Shown: piece by piece, positions 27,395 through 37,366 of the stretch
Position numbering within the stretch: the stretch's first letter is position 1
Layout of the letters: every line of letters begins with the position of its first letter
From: a bacterium
GTDB lineage: Bacteria; Patescibacteriota; Minisyncoccia; Phycocordibacterales; SBAW01
Assembly (NCBI GenBank): GCA_037139975.1
Contig: JBAXFJ010000004.1
Coordinates: 1 to 57,431 of the forward strand
Length of the DNA: 57,431 nucleotides
Direction of reading: 5' to 3'
Made by a program: the position numbers and the translations under genes
Notes under the pieces: generated by a model
Seen by the model: only the letters and a program-made list of their open reading frames with translations
The model's database searches: none
Told to the model about the DNA's origin: nothing

Positions 27395-28135
27395 ATGAAA
27401 GAGACGCGGGGCATCATGGGTATGCCGATTACGGTTGAGGTGGTGGGCGGCGATGCCACTCTGTTGGAGAGTGTGTTTGCGTATTTTAAAGAAGTAGACG
27501 AGCGGTTTAGTACCTATAAAGAGAATAGTGAAATATCAAAAATAAATCGTGGTGAGTTGCAAGAGGGTGAATATAGCCCGCACATGCGAGAAGTATTTGC
27601 CCTGGCTGAAAAAACGAAACAAGAAACGAATGGTTTTTTTGATATCAAAACTCCAGTGGGGTTGCTCGACCCGTCGGGTATCGTCAAGGGTTGGGCGATA
27701 CAAAACGCCGCAGAACTTTTGAAAGAGAGGGAAGTGCAAAATTTTTGCATCGAGGCGGGTGGTGATATCCAAACTTCAGGTAAAAATGAAGAAGGTGGCG
27801 AGTGGTCGGTAGGAATCCGAAACCCTTTTAACCCGAGCGAGATTATAAAGGTGCTCTACCCAAAAGGCAGGGGTGTGGCGACCTCGGGTAGCTATGCCCG
27901 CGGGGCGCATATCTATAATCCTCACAACAAAGAGGCTTCACCCAGCTATTGGGCAAGCATCACGGTGCTTGGCCCAAATGTGCTCGAGGCAGACCGGTTT
28001 GCCACTGCGGCGTTTGCGATGGGGCAGGAGGGTGCAGCGTTTATTGAACAGCTCCCAGGGTTTGAGGCATATGCGATAGATCAAAATGGGATTGCAACCA
28101 TAACAGGGGGGTTCGGCGTATATACCTGTGTATAG
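27395..28135 (+). CDS. apbE: FAD:protein FMN transferase
   Basis: MGM, SEISKIN, DPSGIVKGW, GGDI, ATSGSY, HIYNP, ADRFATA. Confidence 0.92.
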   Translation: MKETRGIMGMPITVEVVGGDATLLESVFAYFKEVDERFSTYKENSEISKINRGELQEGEYSPHMREVFALAEKTKQETNGFFDIKTPVGLLDPSGIVKGWAIQNAAELLKEREVQNFCIEAGGDIQTSGKNEEGGEWSVGIRNPFNPSEIIKVLYPKGRGVATSGSYARGAHIYNPHNKEASPSYWASITVLGPNVLEADRFATAAFAMGQEGAAFIEQLPGFEAYAIDQNGIATITGGFGVYTCV

Positions 28136-28171
28136 GAGTGTCCGATTTTGACGTATAATAAAAAACATATA

Positions 28172-28681
28172 ATGAAGAAATTAGTACTTTCGCTTGGGGT
28201 AGTCGCGGTGGGTGTTGGCTATGTGGTGTTTCAATATATGGGGAATGCGGGTGCTCCGGTGGTTGCCACTAACCCTGGCACGGTAGAGCAGCCAACAACA
28301 AACACAACTCCGCCGCCAAGCACAACACCAACACCAGCTCCGGTTCCAATCCCCGCACCAACCCCGACTCCAGCACCTGCCCCTACACCTAAAGGTCAAT
28401 ATAAAGATGGTAGCTACACCGGCGCGGTTGCCGACGCATTCTATGGTCCTATGCAAGTGCGCGCGGTTATATCGGGGGGCAAGATCAGCGATGTGCAGTT
28501 TCTGCAATACCCAAGCGACCGTGGCACTACGCTGCGCATCAGCCAAAACGCGATGCCAATTTTGAAGCGAGAAGCAATTGCGGCCCAAAGCGCCAAAGTA
28601 AACAGCATCTCTGGTGCAACACAAACCGTCGATGGTTTTGTGCAGTCGCTCTCCTCGGCGCTTGCGCAGGCAAAAGCCTAA
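28172..28681 (+). CDS. Membrane-anchored FMN-binding (flavinylated) protein
   Basis: TM anchor, P/T linker, YKDGSYTG, flavinylation motif NSISGAT. Confidence 0.9.
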   Translation: MKKLVLSLGVVAVGVGYVVFQYMGNAGAPVVATNPGTVEQPTTNTTPPPSTTPTPAPVPIPAPTPTPAPAPTPKGQYKDGSYTGAVADAFYGPMQVRAVISGGKISDVQFLQYPSDRGTTLRISQNAMPILKREAIAAQSAKVNSISGATQTVDGFVQSLSSALAQAKA

Positions 28682-28689
28682 TCTAAAAA

Positions 28690-30228
28690 ATGTTTTCTTT
28701 CATAGACAATCTCCTCAATCGGGTCACCATGTACCGGTTGGTGCTCTACTATCTCGTGGTGCTCTGGGCGTTCGCGTTTGTCTTCTTTGCACTCCATATC
28801 CTGGCGCACAGCCCTATTGACCTGCTCTTCTCAACACTCGTTATTTTGGGGGTGTGTGCGCTCACCCAGGTGGTGTTTGCAAAAGTCTTTCAGGCCGCGA
28901 CCAACATCGAGTCGGTCTACATCACAGCGTTTATCCTCGCGCTGATCATCTCGCCGGTCTCGTGGAGCGACGCATCGGGTATCGGCTTTCTCGTCTTTGT
29001 CTCGGTGTTTGCTATAGCTTCAAAATATATTCTCGCGATTGGTAAGAAGCATATTTTTAATCCTGCGGCGTTGGGTGTCGCGCTCGCGGCCCTCACGATA
29101 GGCCAGTCGGCGACCTGGTGGGTGGCGGGCAACTCGGCGCTCATGCCCATTGTGGTCATTGGGGGCCTGTGCATCGTGCGCAAAATTCGTCGCTTCGACC
29201 TCGTGATCGCTTTTTCGGTTGTCTCGCTCATAACCATCTCGCTCACGCGACTCGCGGGCGACCCCCTTACGCCCATGCTCCAAACATTTTCGCACTCCGC
29301 ATTTTTCTTCCTTGCGTTTGTGATGCTCACCGAACCGCTCACGATGCCACCCGAACGCTGGACGCGCATCCTTTATGGCGCGATTGTTGGGTTTTTGTTT
29401 GCGCCTCATGTGCACTTCGGCTCTTTCTATCCAACACCCGAAATCGCGCTGCTCATCGGCAACATCTTTGCCTATGCGGTGAGCCCCAAGGGGCGCTTCA
29501 TGCTCACCTTGAAAGAGAAAAACAAGTTGGGCGAAGGAGTGTATGAATTTGTTTTTAATCCAGACCGGCCGCTCTCGTTTCTGCCTGGGCAGTACCTCGA
29601 GTGGACACTTCCGCATGCGAAGCCCGACAGCCGCGGGAACAGACGCTACTTTACTATTGCCTCGTCGCCAACAGAAAATACCGTGCGCCTTGGGGTCAAA
29701 GTCTATGAGCCTTCGAACACCTACAAACAAGCGCTCATGGGGATGCCGGTGGGCGGCATGGTCTCCGTCTCGGGGCTTTCGGGCGAATTTACTCTGCCAA
29801 AAAATAAAAAGAAAAAACTCGTCTTCATTGCGGGCGGCATCGGCATCACCCCATTTCGCGCGATGGCTCAGCAGATGATCGATACAAAAGATACGCGCGA
29901 CGCGGCGCTCTTGTATTCCAATAAAACACTTACCGAGGTTGCCTACAAAGACGTGTTCGATAGGGCAAAAGAAGTTGGGCTCAAGACGGTGTATGTAATA
30001 ACGAACGAGAAGGTGGGGGAGAAGATAGGCGGCCCAGCCGCGCCCGCGGGCGTCTACGGTGGGATGCTCGACGCCGCGCTCATTATGCGCGAAGTGCCCG
30101 ACTTTAAAGAGCGTATGTTTTATCTTTCGGGGCCGCACGGCATGGTCGAGGCATTCAAAAAAACGCTACATGGTATGGGCGTCTCACGCTTCAATATCAA
30201 AGCCGACTACTTCCCCGGGTTTGTGTAA
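28690..30228 (+). CDS. RnfD/NqrB-like membrane domain fused to an FNR-like FAD/NAD(P)H domain
   Basis: KHIFNPA, MLTEPLTMP; RYFTIAS, AGGIGITPF, YLSGP. Confidence 0.88.
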   Translation: MFSFIDNLLNRVTMYRLVLYYLVVLWAFAFVFFALHILAHSPIDLLFSTLVILGVCALTQVVFAKVFQAATNIESVYITAFILALIISPVSWSDASGIGFLVFVSVFAIASKYILAIGKKHIFNPAALGVALAALTIGQSATWWVAGNSALMPIVVIGGLCIVRKIRRFDLVIAFSVVSLITISLTRLAGDPLTPMLQTFSHSAFFFLAFVMLTEPLTMPPERWTRILYGAIVGFLFAPHVHFGSFYPTPEIALLIGNIFAYAVSPKGRFMLTLKEKNKLGEGVYEFVFNPDRPLSFLPGQYLEWTLPHAKPDSRGNRRYFTIASSPTENTVRLGVKVYEPSNTYKQALMGMPVGGMVSVSGLSGEFTLPKNKKKKLVFIAGGIGITPFRAMAQQMIDTKDTRDAALLYSNKTLTEVAYKDVFDRAKEVGLKTVYVITNEKVGEKIGGPAAPAGVYGGMLDAALIMREVPDFKERMFYLSGPHGMVEAFKKTLHGMGVSRFNIKADYFPGFV

Positions 30229-30234
30229 AGTTAA

Positions 30235-30262
30235 TTGACTTTTTAGCTAGTGGGTATATACT
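30235..30262 (+). promoter_or_regulatory. Sigma70-like promoter with no sense ORF downstream
   Basis: TTGACT-N16-TATACT. Confidence 0.6.
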
Positions 30263-30267
30263 GTGGT

Positions 30268-30321
30268 TACATTCGGCATTAGCCGCGACCCCCGCCCGCA
30301 AGGGCGGGGGAACATCGTTTT
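30268..30321 (+). ncRNA. Candidate small RNA convergent with the PemK/MazF gene
   Basis: Hairpins cggc-atta-gccg (30274-30285) and cccccgccc-GCAA-gggcggggg (30289-30310) directly after the promoter. Confidence 0.45.
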
Positions 30322-30706
30322 AAAAGTATAGTTTTTGAAATCCCTCTTTTATTTTCGCAAAATTGTCGGTATCGATTTGGCCAAGTTTTGAATGCAGACG
30401 CCTGTAGTCGATGGTGCGTATTTGGTTAAGGCATACGTATTCATCTTGTTCATCAAACTGAACGTATACATACCAACTGCCCTCGCGCTTTTGTGTGGTG
30501 GTGGGCGCAACGAGATAAAATCCATGTGCCAACTTTTTGATAATCAGCACAGGCCGAGAAAAACGACCGCTTTTGCCATTCATTTCTGAGCCGACATTTT
30601 GGCCCAAACTTGCCCACCACAAGTCTCTTTCCGAAACAAATGGTGGGCGATGGTCACCGCTATCAAGTTTTTCTTTTATGCCGATCCATTCCAAAAATCG
30701 CTTCAT
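30320..30706 (-). CDS. PemK/MazF-family toxin, no adjacent protein antitoxin
   Basis: DLWWASLGQNVGSEMNGK..RPVLI..VAPTTT..QIRTID..RL..KLG; TACACT 6 nt upstream. Confidence 0.88.
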   Translation of the reverse strand: MKRFLEWIGIKEKLDSGDHRPPFVSERDLWWASLGQNVGSEMNGKSGRFSRPVLIIKKLAHGFYLVAPTTTQKREGSWYVYVQFDEQDEYVCLNQIRTIDYRRLHSKLGQIDTDNFAKIKEGFQKLYF

Positions 30707-30948
30707 GTAAAAAGTGTAACATCTATTTACGAGTAGAAAGTGTCGCACGAGCGTGTTAAAATTTAACCATAAAAATGTCCGTAGGGGTGATGTGTGGCGA
30801 ATCAGGTATCCCATGCGGTGGCACGCATGTGAGCAATCTCGGCAATATCGGGCCAATTGTGGTGCGCAAAATAAAGAAAGAAAAAGATGTGATTCGGGTG
30901 TCGTATGCGCTCTAAAACACAGAGCCTCGGCCATGCTATACTAAGGGG

Positions 30949-32079
30949 GTGAATTTTACACAGAAGGCGGTTCGGGTTGGGGGTGTGTTTGCGTGTGCCA
31001 TGCTTTTTGTGGCGCTTATTGTCTATGCTGACCCATTTTCTGTGCGCTATCACTCGGCAGATGCAGCGGCCGTGGCTTTGGCTACGAGCACTTCTACCCA
31101 GGCGAGCTCGACACCGGCCGTGCCGCCACTCGACACTGCAGCCTATGACGCAAAGATGCTCGTGCTCGCCAACAATCCAGCCCCCAAGCCTATAGCAACT
31201 TCAACGGCGAGTACGACAAAAAAAGTAGCTTCATCAACCGTGGCGGTAAAAAAGTCGCTTTGGCCGGTCCAAGGCTTGCCCTATCCACTCCCCGGCGCGC
31301 TTTTGCCCTTTAATCGCATCATTGCCTACTACGGCAATTTCTATTCCAAAGGCATGGGTGTCTTGGGGCAATATCCAGAGGACGCGGTAATCCAAAAACT
31401 GCTCGCAGAAAAAGCGTCGTGGGAGGCGGCAGACCCTTCGACCCCGGTCGTCCCCGCGATAGACTACATCGTCACGACCGCCCAAGGCTCGCCCGGCGCC
31501 GACGGCAAATATCGCTTCCGGATGCCTGACAGCCAGATTGACCACGCGCTCGAGTTGGCAGACAAGGTGCACGGTATTGTTATTCTCGATGTACAGGTAG
31601 GGCTCAGTAATGTGCAAACCGAAATTCCACTGCTCGAGAAATATCTTAAGATGCCGCAGGTGCACCTCGCGCTTGACCCTGAGTTCGCGATGCATGGCGG
31701 CGCCAAGCCCGGTAGCGTCATTGGCACCATGAGCGCGACCGACATTAATTTTGCGGCAAACTACCTCGCAAAGCTCGTGGACGATAATCATTTGCCACCA
31801 AAAATCCTGGTGGTGCATCGTTTTACTTTACCAATGGTAACGGGCTATAAAAATATTACGCCACTGCCCGAGGTGCAAGTGGTGATGGACATGGACGGAT
31901 GGGGATTCCCTGCAAAAAAAATAAACACCTATAACACGGTCATTACTCCTCAGCCGGTGCAGTTTGCGGGTCTGAAGCTTTTCTATAAAAATGATCTTCT
32001 CAAGCCTTCAACGCGCCTCCTCACCATGAAAGAAATCTTCAACCTGCGCCCCATCCCAAGCTTTATCCAGTATCAGTAA
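30949..32079 (+). CDS. Secreted/anchored hypothetical protein (probable TIM-barrel, glycoside-hydrolase-like)
   Basis: TM/signal, S/T linker, RIIAYYG, LDVQVG, LALDPEF, HRF, DMDGWG. Confidence 0.65.
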   Translation: MNFTQKAVRVGGVFACAMLFVALIVYADPFSVRYHSADAAAVALATSTSTQASSTPAVPPLDTAAYDAKMLVLANNPAPKPIATSTASTTKKVASSTVAVKKSLWPVQGLPYPLPGALLPFNRIIAYYGNFYSKGMGVLGQYPEDAVIQKLLAEKASWEAADPSTPVVPAIDYIVTTAQGSPGADGKYRFRMPDSQIDHALELADKVHGIVILDVQVGLSNVQTEIPLLEKYLKMPQVHLALDPEFAMHGGAKPGSVIGTMSATDINFAANYLAKLVDDNHLPPKILVVHRFTLPMVTGYKNITPLPEVQVVMDMDGWGFPAKKINTYNTVITPQPVQFAGLKLFYKNDLLKPSTRLLTMKEIFNLRPIPSFIQYQ

Positions 32080-32087
32080 CGTCTGCT

Positions 32088-32870
32088 TTAAAACCCCAGG
32101 GCTTTAAGAAAGTCGCTCAACTCTTTGCCTGAGAGGGCGCGGTGCTCACCGGGTTTGAGTTTGTCGAGATTAATATTCATGATGCGGCGGCGCTCGAGGT
32201 TCGACACGACGTAGCCGAGCGCCGCGCACATGCGGCGGATCTGGTGTTTTTTGCCCTCGGTCAGCACAATAGAAAATTTGTTTTCACCCAAAACTTTCAC
32301 CGTGCAGGGCTTTGTCAGGTGTCCTTCAATGTTGACGCCCGGCTCGATGCGCTTTTGAAAATTTGATTGCAGGGGTTCTTTGACGCGCACAATGTATTCT
32401 TTCTCGTGGGCAAAGTCCGGGTTGAGCAGCTTGTCGGTCAGGCGCCCGTCGTCGGTTAAAATCATGAGGCCGCTTGAGTCTTTGTCGAGTCGCCCAATAG
32501 GGAAGACGCCGGGTGTGGGCACCACTGCTTTGATGTCCTCTTCACCTTCGCCTGGCGAGTGCGTGATGATGCCGCGCGGTTTGTGGTAGGCAAAGTATCT
32601 GTATTGTTTGGTGCGGAAGCGCACTTCAACCGTGTCTGTTTCCTGCACCTGGTCACCCAGCACGGCGCGTGTGCCGTTGAGCAAGACCTGGCCTTTGCCC
32701 ACATAGGTGTCGGCTTCGCGCCGTGTGCACAGGTTCTTCCACGCCAAATACTTGTTGATGCGCATGGGGAACACGCCACGGGGTGTGCCCACAACGGGCA
32801 CAACCTTTTTTTGTTTTGCCATAGGACGCCTTGGTCTTTGGCTCGTTTTTGGGGAATATGCTCGCTTCAC
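32088..32870 (-). CDS. RsuA/RluB/RluF family rRNA pseudouridine synthase
   Basis: S4 domain RINKYLA..RREAD; GRLDKDSSGL; EGKKHQIRRM (start may be 32822). Confidence 0.93.
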   Translation of the reverse strand: MKRAYSPKTSQRPRRPMAKQKKVVPVVGTPRGVFPMRINKYLAWKNLCTRREADTYVGKGQVLLNGTRAVLGDQVQETDTVEVRFRTKQYRYFAYHKPRGIITHSPGEGEEDIKAVVPTPGVFPIGRLDKDSSGLMILTDDGRLTDKLLNPDFAHEKEYIVRVKEPLQSNFQKRIEPGVNIEGHLTKPCTVKVLGENKFSIVLTEGKKHQIRRMCAALGYVVSNLERRRIMNINLDKLKPGEHRALSGKELSDFLKALGF

Positions 32871-32914
32871 TCCTGCACTATATACTAAAACCTCAAAAAA
32901 CAACACGAGTCAAA

Positions 32915-34198
32915 TTACACAAGGCTCCACAACAGTGCTAGGGCAATGGCACTCATAACAGCAGCAACGATGACTCCTAGAATATTTGAGCGTTTTGAGT
33001 TGGTATGCTCGCCCAAGATTTTTTTGTTGTTGCCGATGTATAGGATGATGATGATGAGCGGCGGGGCCAGCAGGCCGTTGAGTATTGCCGCGTAATAGAG
33101 CATCGTCATGGCGCCGAGCCCGGTGAAGTTTACAAAAAATCCCACGAGTGTGGCGAGGGCGATGATGCCATAGAAGCCGTGTGCATCTGCATATTTTCTC
33201 CCCAAGCCCTCTTTCCACCCAAACGCCTCGGCCACGGCGTATCCGGCCGAGCCTGCAAGTACGGGTACTGCCAAAAGGCCCGTGCCAAGAATGCCAAGAG
33301 TAAAGAGCAAGAACGCGAAGTTGCCCGCTACTGGTTGGAGCGCGCGTGCCGCGTCGGCAGCAGTAGCTATCATGTGTGTGCCACCAAAACTAAGTGTCGC
33401 TGCGACCGAGAGGATGATGAAAAACATTACCAGTTGTGAAAAGACCATACCCACCGTGGTGTCTCGCTGCATCGCTTTAATTTCGACTGTGGTAATTGCG
33501 GGTTGTGCCGGGTCGTTCATGTCGAGCAGCTTGCCGCTTTCAACTTCTTCCTCGACCTCTTCGTCGGTTTGCCAGAAGAAAAGATAGGGCGAGATGGTCG
33601 TGCCGAGTATTGCGGCGATGTTCATTAAATAACTTTGCGTAAGGGCGATGTGGGGAATGAACGTTGAGCGCAACACCAAGCTCCAGTCTTGGTGCACAAC
33701 GAACGCGGTGGCGACATAGGCCAAGAGCGAGAGGGTGAGATATTTCAAAAACTTTGCATAGTTTTTGTATGAGACGAAGATTTCCAAAAGAAGCGTGAAA
33801 AGAGTGATGACGATGAGGAGTAATACAAACGGGGCGGTGGGCACCAACAGCTGCACTGCCGCGGCCATCGCACCCAGGTCGGCGCCGATGTTTATGGTGT
33901 TGGCCACCAGCAGCAAGAGTACTGCAAAGAAAAGTATTTTTTTGGAATATTCTTCACAAATGATTTGCGAAAGGCCTTTGCCCGTGACCATCCCGATGCG
34001 GCCACACATCTCCTGCACGGCGATCATAAACGGGAGCGAGAAAAGCGCTGTCCACAGCTGGCTGTAGCCAAACATCGCGCCCGTTTGCGAATAGGTCGCA
34101 ATCCCACTTGGGTCGTCGTCCGCCGCGCCGGTAATAAACCCCGGCCCCACCGACTTCCATGCGCCCCGCACTTTCTCCCAAAAAGTCTTTTGTTGCAT
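32915..34198 (-). CDS. NRAMP-family divalent metal transporter
   Basis: GPGFITGAADDDPSGI, GTTISPY. Confidence 0.92.
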   Translation of the reverse strand: MQQKTFWEKVRGAWKSVGPGFITGAADDDPSGIATYSQTGAMFGYSQLWTALFSLPFMIAVQEMCGRIGMVTGKGLSQIICEEYSKKILFFAVLLLLVANTINIGADLGAMAAAVQLLVPTAPFVLLLIVITLFTLLLEIFVSYKNYAKFLKYLTLSLLAYVATAFVVHQDWSLVLRSTFIPHIALTQSYLMNIAAILGTTISPYLFFWQTDEEVEEEVESGKLLDMNDPAQPAITTVEIKAMQRDTTVGMVFSQLVMFFIILSVAATLSFGGTHMIATAADAARALQPVAGNFAFLLFTLGILGTGLLAVPVLAGSAGYAVAEAFGWKEGLGRKYADAHGFYGIIALATLVGFFVNFTGLGAMTMLYYAAILNGLLAPPLIIIILYIGNNKKILGEHTNSKRSNILGVIVAAVMSAIALALLWSLV

Positions 34199-34228
34199 GG
34201 CTGTAGTATAGCAGAACAAGGCAGCCTG

Positions 34229-34257
34229 TTGACAAAACCGTTTGAGTAGTATAGTAT
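34229..34257 (+). promoter_or_regulatory. Promoter of the DEAD-box helicase gene
   Basis: TTGACA-N17-TAGTAT. Confidence 0.6.
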
Positions 34258-34367
34258 TATAAGTAACCAAATCTCACTCGTTTTCTATATTCGTTTTGGG
34301 GTTTACTAGCCACATCTTTATTTATAAAGGCTAGCGGTGTGGGGCTGAAAAACCCTATTTATATTCT

Positions 34368-35810
34368 ATGGATCAACAACCATTCGTCGTTGGTGGCACT
34401 TCAAATCGCCCCCGCGCATCGTTCAAACGCCCTTCTTTTACCGGAGGCAGCAAGCCTGCAGGCTCTAGTCACAGTGCCCCTAAACCCGCCGGAATGTCGG
34501 GCAGGCCAGGTGGTTTTAGTCGTGGCGGCTCAGCTCGTCCTGGTGGCTACCAGGGTCACAAGACCGGTGGCTACCAAGGTGGTCGCAGTTCGGGCACGCC
34601 AAGTCGTGGCGGCTATCAGGGCAATCGTGGTAGTGCAAGTCGCGGCCCAGCACGGGGAAGTTCTCGTGGCGGCAAACGCGGTGGTGGTATGGGTGACTTT
34701 ATCGACCCATCAAAATTCATCAACAAAGCAGTCATCACCGAAGAGGTCGCGGTGTTTGTACCTGAGCACCAGTTTACCGATTTTCAAATTGACGAAGAGC
34801 TTAAGAAAGCTATCGCCGCAAAGGGCTACATGCTCCCATCTCCCATCCAAGACAAAGCTATTCCGCATGTTTTGAAGGGTCAAGATGTGGTCGGTATCGC
34901 CAACACAGGGACTGGTAAAACCGCTGCTTTTCTTATCCCACTCATCCACAAAGTCCGCACCCAGCCAAACACTCAAGTATTGATTGTCGTGCCGACGCGC
35001 GAGCTCGCGGTGCAGATCGAACAGGAACTCCGCGGCTTTACCAAGCTGATGAAAATCTTTTCGGTCGTGTGTGTGGGCGGCGCCTCAATCGGGCCGCAAA
35101 TCATGGCGCTCCGCCGCACCAACCAATTCGTCATCGGCACCCCAGGGCGCCTCAAAGATTTGGTTGAGCGCGGTAAAATCCGCCTTGCCTCATATAACAC
35201 CATTGTGCTTGACGAAGCCGACCGCATGCTCGACATGGGTTTTGTGCACGACATGCGCTACGTGATGCAAAGTATGCCCAAAGACCGTCATACGCTCTTT
35301 TTCTCGGCGACGGTGTCACGCGAAATCGACACGCTCATTAACGAATTCTTGCACGACCCAGTGCGCATTAGCGTCAAGACTGGTGACACTTCAAAGAATG
35401 TTGATCAAGACGTGGTGCATGTGCCCGTAGGCAAAGACCGCTTTGATGTCTTGCACGACCTGCTCAATGAAAAAGAATTCAGCAAAGTGCTTGTCTTTGG
35501 CCGCACCAAACACGGTGTCGAGAAGCTCGCCAAGACGCTTTCGACTCGCGGCTTTAAAGCAGACTCAATCCATGGCAACAAGAGCCAGTCGCAACGTCAA
35601 CGCTCGCTCGAAGCCTTCAAGGGTGGCAAGGTACAGATATTGGTGGCAACCGACGTGGCAGCACGCGGTCTCGACATCAACGACGTCTCACACGTCATCA
35701 ACTACGAACTGCCGATGACCTATGAAGACTATGTGCACCGCATTGGCCGCACCGGCCGTGCCGGCAAAAAAGGCAAAGCTTTGACGTTTATTGACTCAAA
35801 AGCTCGTTAA
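34368..35810 (+). CDS. DEAD-box RNA helicase with an RGG-rich N-terminus
   Basis: Q motif, TGTGKT, PTRELA, DEAD, SAT, HRIGRTGR. Confidence 0.97.
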   Translation: MDQQPFVVGGTSNRPRASFKRPSFTGGSKPAGSSHSAPKPAGMSGRPGGFSRGGSARPGGYQGHKTGGYQGGRSSGTPSRGGYQGNRGSASRGPARGSSRGGKRGGGMGDFIDPSKFINKAVITEEVAVFVPEHQFTDFQIDEELKKAIAAKGYMLPSPIQDKAIPHVLKGQDVVGIANTGTGKTAAFLIPLIHKVRTQPNTQVLIVVPTRELAVQIEQELRGFTKLMKIFSVVCVGGASIGPQIMALRRTNQFVIGTPGRLKDLVERGKIRLASYNTIVLDEADRMLDMGFVHDMRYVMQSMPKDRHTLFFSATVSREIDTLINEFLHDPVRISVKTGDTSKNVDQDVVHVPVGKDRFDVLHDLLNEKEFSKVLVFGRTKHGVEKLAKTLSTRGFKADSIHGNKSQSQRQRSLEAFKGGKVQILVATDVAARGLDINDVSHVINYELPMTYEDYVHRIGRTGRAGKKGKALTFIDSKAR

Positions 35811-35827
35811 AATAATTACTTTTATTT

Positions 35828-35866
35828 AAAAAAACAGCCCCGACGAATGTCGGGGCTGTTTTTTTT
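35828..35866. terminator. Bidirectional intrinsic terminator
   Basis: aaaaaaacagccccgac-gaat-gtcggggctgtttttttt between convergent genes. Confidence 0.9.
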
Positions 35867-35889
35867 GTCTACAATTTAAATTGCGCTGA

Positions 35890-36738
35890 CTACTTGGCGC
35901 GAGTGAGTATAAACTCAAAGTCTTTGAGGTCGCGGTGGATATAATAACCAGTGAGGGTGAGTGTATCTGCTTCACTGTGCCAGGCGCCCATATGCCCCGT
36001 GCGGCCCGTCTCAAAACCCGCATCTTTGAGGAGCGCTACCAGTTCGGGGCTGGTATAGCCAAACGGCGAGGCAAAGTGCACCACCGGCTTGCCCAGCTCG
36101 GCCTCGAGTTTCTTTTTGCCGTCCAGCACTTCGTGTTGTACTCCTTCAGGAGTCAGCTTTTGCATGTAGGGATGCGTCACGGTGTGGTCAGCAATTTCCA
36201 TACCAGCAGCGTCAATCTCTTTGATCTGCTCCCATGTCATAAAGCGCGCGTCTCCTATGGTTGGTGGGTTGGTGTAGATGTAAAACACTGCAAGCATGTG
36301 ATATTTTTTGAGCAAAGGGAATGCATAGACGTATTGATTTTTCCACCCGTCATCAAACCCAAGGACTACGGGTTTAGCGATGGGCGAGGTGGTGCCTGCT
36401 CTCAGTTCACGGGCGAGCTCGTCCATACTGATGGGGGTGTAGCCATGTTCGCTGAGGTATTGCAGCTGCTGCTCAAACATCTCGGGGGTGATTGAATAGT
36501 CTTTCTGCATCTGTGTCTCGGTTGCGGTGTCGGGCTTCACACTGTGATAGATAAAGATAGGAATGTGTAGCAGGGTCGTTGATGTACTGGTTGTGTGCGT
36601 TGTTGTGGTTGAAGCAAGGGGGATAGCTGTCACGACACTTGCCCTGAGGCTCTTTTGGTTTGGATGCAAAAAAAGCATACCTACAACACTCAGCAGGACG
36701 ACTACTCCACAGCAAATGTAAACAAGGTTTTTCTGCAT
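35890..36738 (-). CDS. Polysaccharide deacetylase (CE4, IcaB/PgaB-like)
   Basis: YH, FDDG, HTVTH, FASPFG; N-terminal TM. Confidence 0.9.
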   Translation of the reverse strand: MQKNLVYICCGVVVLLSVVGMLFLHPNQKSLRASVVTAIPLASTTTTHTTSTSTTLLHIPIFIYHSVKPDTATETQMQKDYSITPEMFEQQLQYLSEHGYTPISMDELARELRAGTTSPIAKPVVLGFDDGWKNQYVYAFPLLKKYHMLAVFYIYTNPPTIGDARFMTWEQIKEIDAAGMEIADHTVTHPYMQKLTPEGVQHEVLDGKKKLEAELGKPVVHFASPFGYTSPELVALLKDAGFETGRTGHMGAWHSEADTLTLTGYYIHRDLKDFEFILTRAK

Positions 36739-36772
36739 ATATTCTTGTCCACTATACGCGCTCGCACCTTTT

Positions 36773-37366
36773 TCACCTATGTGGATAGCGTACTTTGTAC
36801 CATTCTATGAAAATGGGAAGCAGTGAGAGGAGGATAATCCCCATAATGATGGGCAGTAGGTAGTGTTCGGTTGCTGGGAATGCGCTGCCCAAGAAGTAGC
36901 CAAGCAGGGTGACCCCCGCGCTCCACGCGACGCCGCCCACGATGTTGTAACGTACAAAAAGTTGGTAGGGCATCTCGCCTACACCGGCCAAAATGGGTGC
37001 GAATGTGCGCACGACGGGTATGAAGCGCGCAATGATGATTGTTTTTGCGCCATACTTTTTATAGTACGCCTGCACCTGTTTCAAACGCTCCCGCTTAAAA
37101 CAGAACGAGTCATGTCGGTTAAAAATCTGTTTGCCTATTTTTGTGCCAAACCAATAACCAACGCTGTCGCCCAAAATCGCTGCAGCACCCAGGAGCAAAA
37201 CAAGAAGCGCAATATTGAAAAATCCCTGACTCGCCAAGAGCCCAGCGCTAAAAAGGACCGAGTCGCCCGGGAGGAAGAATCCGAAAAACACTCCTGATTC
37301 TAGGAATACGAGTGTAAAGAGTCCCGCATACCCAAGCGTCGGCACAAGTGAGACAAAATCTATCAT
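36773..37366 (-). CDS. DedA/VTT family membrane protein
   Basis: FLPGDS, GDSVGYWFG, ARFIPVVRTFAP. Confidence 0.95.
   Translation of the reverse strand: MIDFVSLVPTLGYAGLFTLVFLESGVFFGFFLPGDSVLFSAGLLASQGFFNIALLVLLLGAAAILGDSVGYWFGTKIGKQIFNRHDSFCFKRERLKQVQAYYKKYGAKTIIIARFIPVVRTFAPILAGVGEMPYQLFVRYNIVGGVAWSAGVTLLGYFLGSAFPATEHYLLPIIMGIILLSLLPIFIEWYKVRYPHR

Noticed and set aside
29020-30138. Long antisense ORFs (also 51685-52737, 39969-40769, 55815-56492, 47872-48585)
   Set aside because: Shadows of well-supported genes on the opposite strand, with no recognisable motifs.
30707-30934. N-terminal extension or upstream antitoxin for the PemK/MazF gene
   Set aside because: The region holds divergent -10 elements for both neighbours, and the extension and overlapping ORFs do not resemble MazE/AbrB or RHH antitoxins.
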